Below are positions 28,238 to 64,000 of a stretch of DNA of 64,000 nucleotides, one piece after another. Within the stretch, counting starts at the first letter, position 1; each line of letters opens with the position of its first letter. The DNA is taken from positions 248,001 through 312,000 of the forward strand of contig JAQGDQ010000103.1 in the NCBI GenBank assembly GCA_030141605.1. The letters run 5' to 3'. Made by a program: the position numbers and the translations under genes. Below the pieces are notes generated by a model. The model saw only the letters and a list, made by a program, of their open reading frames with translations, did not search any database and was not told where the DNA came from. This stretch comes from Tubiluchus corallicola. Its lineage: Eukaryota > Animalia > Priapulida.

Positions 28238-28323
28238 CCTTCCTTCCTCCATCTCTCTTTCTTCCCCCTCTCTCTCTTCCTCCGTCTCTCTCGATCTTCC
28301 CCCCTCTCTCTCTCTCTCTCTCT

Positions 28324-28360
<37 letters not shown>
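28238..28360. repeat. (CT)n pyrimidine tract at the LINE insertion site
   Basis: Direct inspection. Confidence 0.9.
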
Positions 28361-28362
<2 letters not shown>

Positions 28363-28367
28363 CTATG

Positions 28368-31300
28368 CGCGCAGTTATGCATGGTACAACAATTTGAACA
28401 CTCATGGAAGACTTATAAACTACTTACTTGCAGATAATAATATGGACTTAGCCGTTATCGCACCCAACATAGAAACTTTTCAATCGATAACCGGAAAGAG
28501 CATCATAAATATCATTTTAGCATCAAAATGTAGCGCAAATGGTATTTTAACACAAACAGTGCACACTAATGTTAAGCTGTTTACAGGAGCACCGCAAATG
28601 GGACATTTTCCTGTAATTACTGAGTTTAGAGCAGGTGGTCCAAAACCTGAGAATACTAAGGTCCGCTATGACTTTAAAAATAGCGATTGGACTCAATGGT
28701 CAGCAGCTCTTGAAAATTGCTGCAGAGTTAGAAAACAACAATGCAGAAGCCGTGTGGACACTCTTTTTACAATCTGTTCAGGAAAGCTGTAGTGAAGCAT
28801 TAGTGACTAAACGCTGCACACACAGCACGCCATTTTGGACACCACAATTATCTGAACTATCACGAGAACTCAGACAACTAAGAAAGAACTACAAGCGACA
28901 CTCCAATTATGTCAATGTGAGTACATATCTTGATAAAAAGACTCAGTTTGAAAACATGTTAGCTGCAGAGTTAAATGACTGGGTTGTTAGTAATACTGCC
29001 AACTTAAATGTTCAGTAAGGCAAAGCTTTCTGGAAAACTTATAAAAAAGTGTTTGTTGAAAATTGCCAGAATGAGGATGCTGTGTTGACATGGCAGGGAA
29101 AATATTATGTAAAAGATGAAGATAAATGTAAGATATTGTATAACACGGTTTTGCTGGGGCGCATTTTAGGGGAAGTAATTTTGATCAGGGATGGTATCAC
29201 CATATAGAGAATGAAGTGCAAGGCATAAATTTTGAAGAACCATATAACGTTTGGTATAATGAACCCTTCATTATGAATCAACTAAATTTTGCGAAAAACA
29301 GTGTGAAAGTAAATGATAAAAATATGGATATTGACGGAAACCACCCGCTCATGGTAAAGCATACTGGGTTTGGGGAAAAAGTGTACTTCTGAACCTAGAT
29401 AATTTGTGCTTAACGAAAGGAAAATGGCCTTGGCAAAAAGCAAAAGTAGTTTTCATACGCAAAGAAGGTAAAAACGACTAAAGTAGCCCATCGAACTACA
29501 GGCCCATCACTATTTCATCTTACTTCAGCAAAATAATTGAGAAACTTATTGAAAACCGGTTGAGGAAGTGGTTTAACGATCATAATATTATTGATTTAGA
29601 ACAGGAATTGTTCAAGCCAGGGCATAATACAAATCGTTATATACTAAGGCTGGTTTCAGTTACCGAGAGAAAGAGACTTGAAGGGCAACTCGGCATTGGG
29701 ATATTTTGCGATTTCCAGAAAGCCTTTGATAGTGTCTGGATAAATGGCTTAATTTTTAAACTGATACAGTCTGGTATCAAAGGTAACTTGCTGAATGTAA
29801 TCTGTAGTTTTTTAAAAAATAGGACAATTGTGATGAAGGTAAATGAATTTATATCAGCAGAATATCAATGCCATATAGGAGTCCCTCAAGGCTCGGTTTT
29901 GTCCCCTTTATTGTTTATATTCTACATAGCAGACATGTTTAGTGAACTGGCTTTTAATCAAAACTTAGCTAAATTTAAATATGCCGATGATGGCACACTT
30001 TATATTTCTGCTGTATCTGCTCAGGTCTGTCAGGATATTGCACAGCAATGTTGTGATAAATTGTACGAGTGGTGCCAAAAGTGGAGGCAAATTTTAAATT
30101 GTGATGTAAACAAGACTGAGGCCATTATATTTGGCAATGTAAATGAAAATACCATACCATCGCTAAAAATTGGGCAAAAGTCGATAAGTTATGTAAATGA
30201 TACTAAATGTCTGGGAGTAACTGTCGACAAACAAATAAGTTTTGATAAACATGTTGCTAAAATTAGTCAAAAAGCTTGGAAAAAGTGGCACAACATTAAA
30301 CAGTTATCTTTTAAGTATAAAGGTATGAAAATGTCCACCATTTTAAAACTGTTTGAAACAATTGTTGTACCTACCGTCTTCTATGGGTCAATTGCCAGGA
30401 TGGTCAAAAAGCATAGTTATTTTGAAGACCTGCGGTATGATGTTTTCAAAACAGCGGGTGTAAGTTACAATCCTAGCAAAAATGAAATCCAGCATATTTG
30501 TGACGTCCCTCCCATTGATATAACGTATAATAATATATGTAGTAAATTTATGTTAAAAGTGTTAGCCAATCCAGATAATGATCTACTTAAGAAGGAAATA
30601 GCTGTATGTGAAACCATGCCAAATAATGCTAGATAGTGTGTGCATCCCGTAAAAATTCACCTGGCAACTACCAAGTTTTTCTTGAAGATTACAAAGGACA
30701 CTAATATGAGAAATGAAACATTGTCAAATCTCCCTAGGGAAAACTTTATTTATAGGAAAAAGGATGGCTCGAAATTTTTAACAACCCAATGGGAAAGAAG
30801 ATATTATTATTGTACCCAAATAGCAAATTTACCACAAGATAGACCTACACCTATGTTAACGCCACTGTGCCTACCACTAACGCATTACGAAAGGCTTATT
30901 GAAACAACTGCATTAAACTTACTTTTAAATAGAGGTACTAAATCATTTCGGTATAGAATAGGCGAACAAAATACAGATTGCTGTCATTGTAATAATGCAA
31001 CTCCTCAAATACCAGAACACATTATATTTGACTGTGATTTAGTAGACCACCAATTTCGAATAAATATAAGACAAGTTCTGCCCTCAGCCAACATAAGCGA
31101 GATTTAACTAAACAGAGATAAAGATGTGTGCCAGGCATATGTAAATATTGTTAGAGATGTTGTGCGGAAAAAATTGTTATAAAGTAATTCAAATTATATT
31201 CACAGAAAAACAGGTATTGAGTTAATCGTTATATTGTATAAATTATAGTGTAAACTATGTATGTATTTTAAATTTATTCTTAATTGGCATTATGTATAAT

Positions 31301-31403
31301 CTTGTTATCGTAAATAGTTATATTTTGTAAACGAACCCCTGCAAATAGAGAGGAAACAATGTATTCATTGTTTAATAAAAGACTTATAATAATAATAATA
31401 ATA
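28368..31403 (+). mobile_element. 5'-truncated, decayed non-LTR retrotransposon (APE endonuclease remnant, RT, CCHC-like motif)
   Basis: GHFPVI (end of APE); DFQKAFDSV, GVPQGSVLSPLLF and KYADD (RT); CHC..PEHIIFDC. Frameshifts and stops are present. Ends in AATAAA plus a (TAA)n tail. An 11-bp TSD tctcccctatg lies at 28357-28367 and 31404-31414. Confidence 0.93.
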
Positions 31404-32170
31404 TCTCCCCTATGAAATGATATTAGTTCCCTTATTCTGTTTGGTAAGCTGTACAACTCACACTAAAGAGGTCAGAATTAATCAACAACGTTTCTACCGA
31501 ACACCAAGTCTGTAGTTTTATTTCAACACCTATTATAGGTCATTTAATTATACCAATATTATACCAATTATACCAACTACATAAATGTTAAACTACTTAC
31601 AAATTACAATAATACATACAGGTTTCTAATGCAAGGCATACGAGCTTGCCAAAAGTTAGACACTATGCATTTTTTGTATATGCATTCTGTGATTTAAATA
31701 AACAAAATTACACTGCCCTTTTATATTTAAATTCAAGACTAATTATTAGAAAAGACTGCCATGTCATCTCTTTTCACTCTACAAAATTAGCAATGGAACC
31801 AACCTTTTTTAACCAAAAAATAGAAAATATTGACGTTCGCACGAGCAGTAAGAGTGCCATTATACAAAAAACCAAAACATTTGCATTTGAAATAATCTTG
31901 AAATAATTTAAAAGAAATTTAGATGCATTTAATGTACGCGTGTTTGACAGCCAATTGCTTTCATACCAAAACTCAGTTTCTTTAAATACAACAACTTTCA
32001 TGGCAATAAAAAACACACAATAAAAGCTCATTTATTGATCATATCATTTACACGAAGTTACTGCTCACAAAACCTCTCATCATTTACTAGTACCCTTATA
32101 TCACTTAACAACCACACATTTTGACAATACATAACTAAATAAATTTACTAAGTTGAACATTAGATTTATA

Positions 32171-32544
32171 AACCTTTTCATAGTTCCAGCGATTGACGAC
32201 GATCGTTAACCGGTCAAAGGTTAAGTGTACCAGACAACACACTTGTGTACACTTGACAACGTCTCATAGCCCATGCTATTGTCGTAGTAACAGTTTTAAC
32301 AGCTAGCTAGAAAGGCCATTTTAATCTTGTTCCCAAGTAAGATCAAGATCCTTTTAAATAATTCTACATACAGACTAATGCATAATTAAGTATTCACATT
32401 AAGTCCACATAAAACAACTGATGTAAGTGAACTAACGCGGCAGACGGCTTTGCTTTGCCCACACGTAACGGTTGTAATTAAAACTCGCCTTAACCTTTGA
32501 CCTGCAGCAACTGCGCGTGCGCATAGCGAAACGGTGAAAAGACT
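32171..32544. mobile_element. About 380-bp MITE, same family
   Basis: TA|aaccttttcatagtt ... aacggtgaaaagact|TA. Confidence 0.8.
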
Positions 32545-33452
32545 TACTGACAAAATTGAAAAAGTGTGGTTGAATATTATTGATACTAACAGTTTTAATG
32601 CATGCATCACTGCTCATTTGGCGATACATCATATTACTTTGTGAAAAAGCTTAAATAAATATTTTCTGAGTTAGTGATGCATGCTGGGATTGTGCTTCTG
32701 ACGTCATGGCAGCCGTTGGTGTGAATTATATTATATCGAAGACAAGAAAACCTTGTACTTACGTAAACCCAAAAATTGTCATGAAATTCTGTACCTCTTA
32801 CATGCTGCCTCACTACACACAGAGCTTGTATTGGCGGCAACGTTGTATAAAATTTGTAAATTTTAATTTCTGTACACACAGTTAGGCGCAGCCATTTTGA
32901 TGGTTCTGTCTTTGGTAAGAAATTCATGATATTACATGAAGTTTTAAAAAAATAATCAGAACATTCGTATAACACACATTAACCAAGGAAAAACATAAAT
33001 TGCTATATTTTGTCGATAAGATCAATAATAAGTTTTTGGTGAAACAGTGACCTGGTTTTTGGTGTGCACTGGGAAGCTGAGTCAATGACATTTTACCAGT
33101 TGGCATAAACAGCTTACATTATTAAGCATTTTCCGTTTCACTTACATAAGTCTTTCAAACAGGTAAGTATAATGACATGACATGAAAGTTAATTGGGACA
33201 TACTTTAAAAATTGCCTTTTCTTTCCATTTAAATTGATAAGAACTTTCTTTATTACCAACTAAAGCATTTTAAAAAATAACAGAGCTACAAGGAAATATA
33301 AATTTAGTTTTAAATTCTATTAAACATGTAAAAATATTCCAAGTCTTTCCCTTTAAATTTACCTATTTTTGTTTTATTATTAAAGTGTAAATCGCTTTTG
33401 GCAAGCCCTGTACATGAGGTAAGATACTGGAATATTTGTAGACGAAGAAACT

Positions 33453-62257
<28,805 letters not shown>

Positions 62258-62387
62258 CTGAAAAATAGTGAGAAGAATTCCGAAACATGATAGAAATGTA
62301 TTAATTATAAAAGTGAAACCAATTAACAAACAATTTAGAGAGACTCTACAAGTTCTTTTTGACAAAAAGCAATGTAAATTTATTTAC

Positions 62388-62915
62388 CTATGATACCAAG
62401 TGTTGCAAAAATAAATTTTTCTATGATATACAGTGTTGTAGAAATAATTGTTACCATGATGCACAGTGCTACAGAAATAATTGTTTCTATGATGCAAGGT
62501 GCTGCAGACTTGTTTTTGTGGTACAAAGTTCTGTAGAAATAGTTGTTTCTATGATACAAAATGGTGCAGAAATAATCGTATATGGTATACAGTGCTGTAG
62601 AATACAAAGGATACTAGGATACAAAGTGCTATAATTTTTTTCTGTCTGTGGTTGCAATTTTTCCATGGTGTAAAAGTGCTGCACAAATTCTTCTCTGTGG
62701 ATATAATGTACAATATAAATCATTTTCTGTGGTACAACAGTGTTGTACATAAATTCTTTTCTGAGGTATATCATGGATCATTTTCTGTGGTACAAATGTG
62801 CTGTACATCAATTCTTTTCTGACATACATTATGGATCATTTTCTGTGGTCCAAATGTGTTGCGCATGTTGTGGTACACAAAATGTTGCATAAAATCTTTT
62901 CTGTGGTACTAAACT
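62388..62915. repeat. Degenerate minisatellite of about 30 bp
   Basis: Recurring atgatacagtgctgtagaaataattgtttct-like and ttttctgtggtacaaa-like units. Confidence 0.7.
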
Positions 62916-63343
62916 GCTTTACTTCGCACAATGGAAGTAAAGACGTTGAAGGCATTGATTTTTTGAAAAATTACTAATCATTTACACCTACAATTCCAGT
63001 ATGTCACGACACTTTATACTTCAATTGTATATGAGTACTAGGTTGCAGCACATTCTTTTGTGCAATATGTAACAATCTCATTAGTCTTGGCAAGTTTACT
63101 CATAATTAATTTGGTCTGTATTATCGATTATCTATGACCTTACAAACAACGCTAGTCTATCACATCTGTGGTTGTCCAATTGTAAACACCACATCATAAA
63201 TAGAGGCAGTAGAATTGTTTAGAAGCAGGTGATGGTTTTTATTACAAATGTTTTATTACAGTCTTTTATAATGAATACTGATGAATTGTTTGCTGTGTTC
63301 TGCTTGCTATGTGCACATTTGCCTTTGCATGTATGCAATAATC

Positions 63344-63945
63344 ACAAGAGTACGGGAGGACGTTTCACAAGGGGGGGGGGGGGCATAGGGAATTTGCACT
63401 GAAAATTTTCTAAGTTGCCCTAGTTTGAGGACGGCAGTCATCTCTTGGCACCCATATAGTAATTGCAGTAGTAATAGTACTTAAATGCAAGAAGTCCAAA
63501 TTATAAAAACATTTTGCCGAAAACAAACGCAGAATGTTTGCATTTTCGCTGAACAAACCCGCAGATATTTTCACAATACTTTTTTAACGTTTCAGAAATT
63601 CAAAAGAACTAATTGTGACGGTTAATGTTTTCCTTTTGCAAACATGTCTATAACTTTGCCAGCAGGTTGGGGAGCATGTACTTAACAAGTGTTAAAAGGG
63701 CTTATGAGATTTAGTTAATTAAAATTGATAGCAGGCACATAACTTTACAATTATTAAAACTTAAAAACAGGTCGTTGTATAAAAAACACTTTAATTGCAG
63801 CCAATGAAAAGAGGTAGGCCTAATGCAGTACGTAAGTAATTTTTGAATAGTGAAATCTCAAATTTTGAAATTTTAAAACAGAATTATTTGCCCTGTAAAT
63901 AATCAGCTTTTGCCCTGAAAATATATAATTCACTTGTCCCGGGAG
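63344..63945. mobile_element. Second, degraded copy of the hAT-like MITE family
   Basis: Colinear similarity to 2371-2954 (cgggagga.., ttttctaagtt..cctagt.tgag, gtttcagaaattcaaaaga, ttgccctgaaaat). Confidence 0.75.
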
Positions 63946-64000
63946 GGCAGACTTGCCGAGTTTTAGTATAACACACTGAATAACTTACAGTAGTACTGTA

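Overview
AT-rich, intron-rich animal genomic DNA, probably a non-arthropod invertebrate (a weak inference from TTAGGG-type repeats and a Meta/MESC-like SINE). It is not prokaryotic: there is no CRISPR array, rRNA gene or operon. I reconstructed four spliced genes by hand, all with consistent GT-AG sites and reading phases. (1-2) Two tandem minus-strand paralogues encode small secreted Gly/Tyr-rich proteins with the same three-exon, TATA-driven layout and two conserved motifs I cannot assign to a known family. (3) A six-exon MARCH2/3-like RING-CH membrane E3 ligase lies on the plus strand (20950-27727). (4) The 3' 15 exons of an NPR1/NPR2-like receptor guanylyl cyclase lie on the minus strand (33453-62257); no ectodomain exons were recognised, so they presumably lie past the window end. 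The rest is repeats: TTAA-flanked Kolobok/T2-like MITEs, hAT- and Harbinger-like MITEs, Tc1/mariner and Academ-like remnants, a 3-kb LINE with an 11-bp TSD, LINE and SINE fragments, and long microsatellites. Three observations stand out: the Gly/Tyr-rich secreted family with possible RFamide/RYamide processing sites; a 96-bp x ~36 array formed by amplifying a splice donor of the cyclase gene, which also produces the 1158-aa antisense ORF; and an inverted MITE pair flanking two in-frame-skippable cyclase exons.
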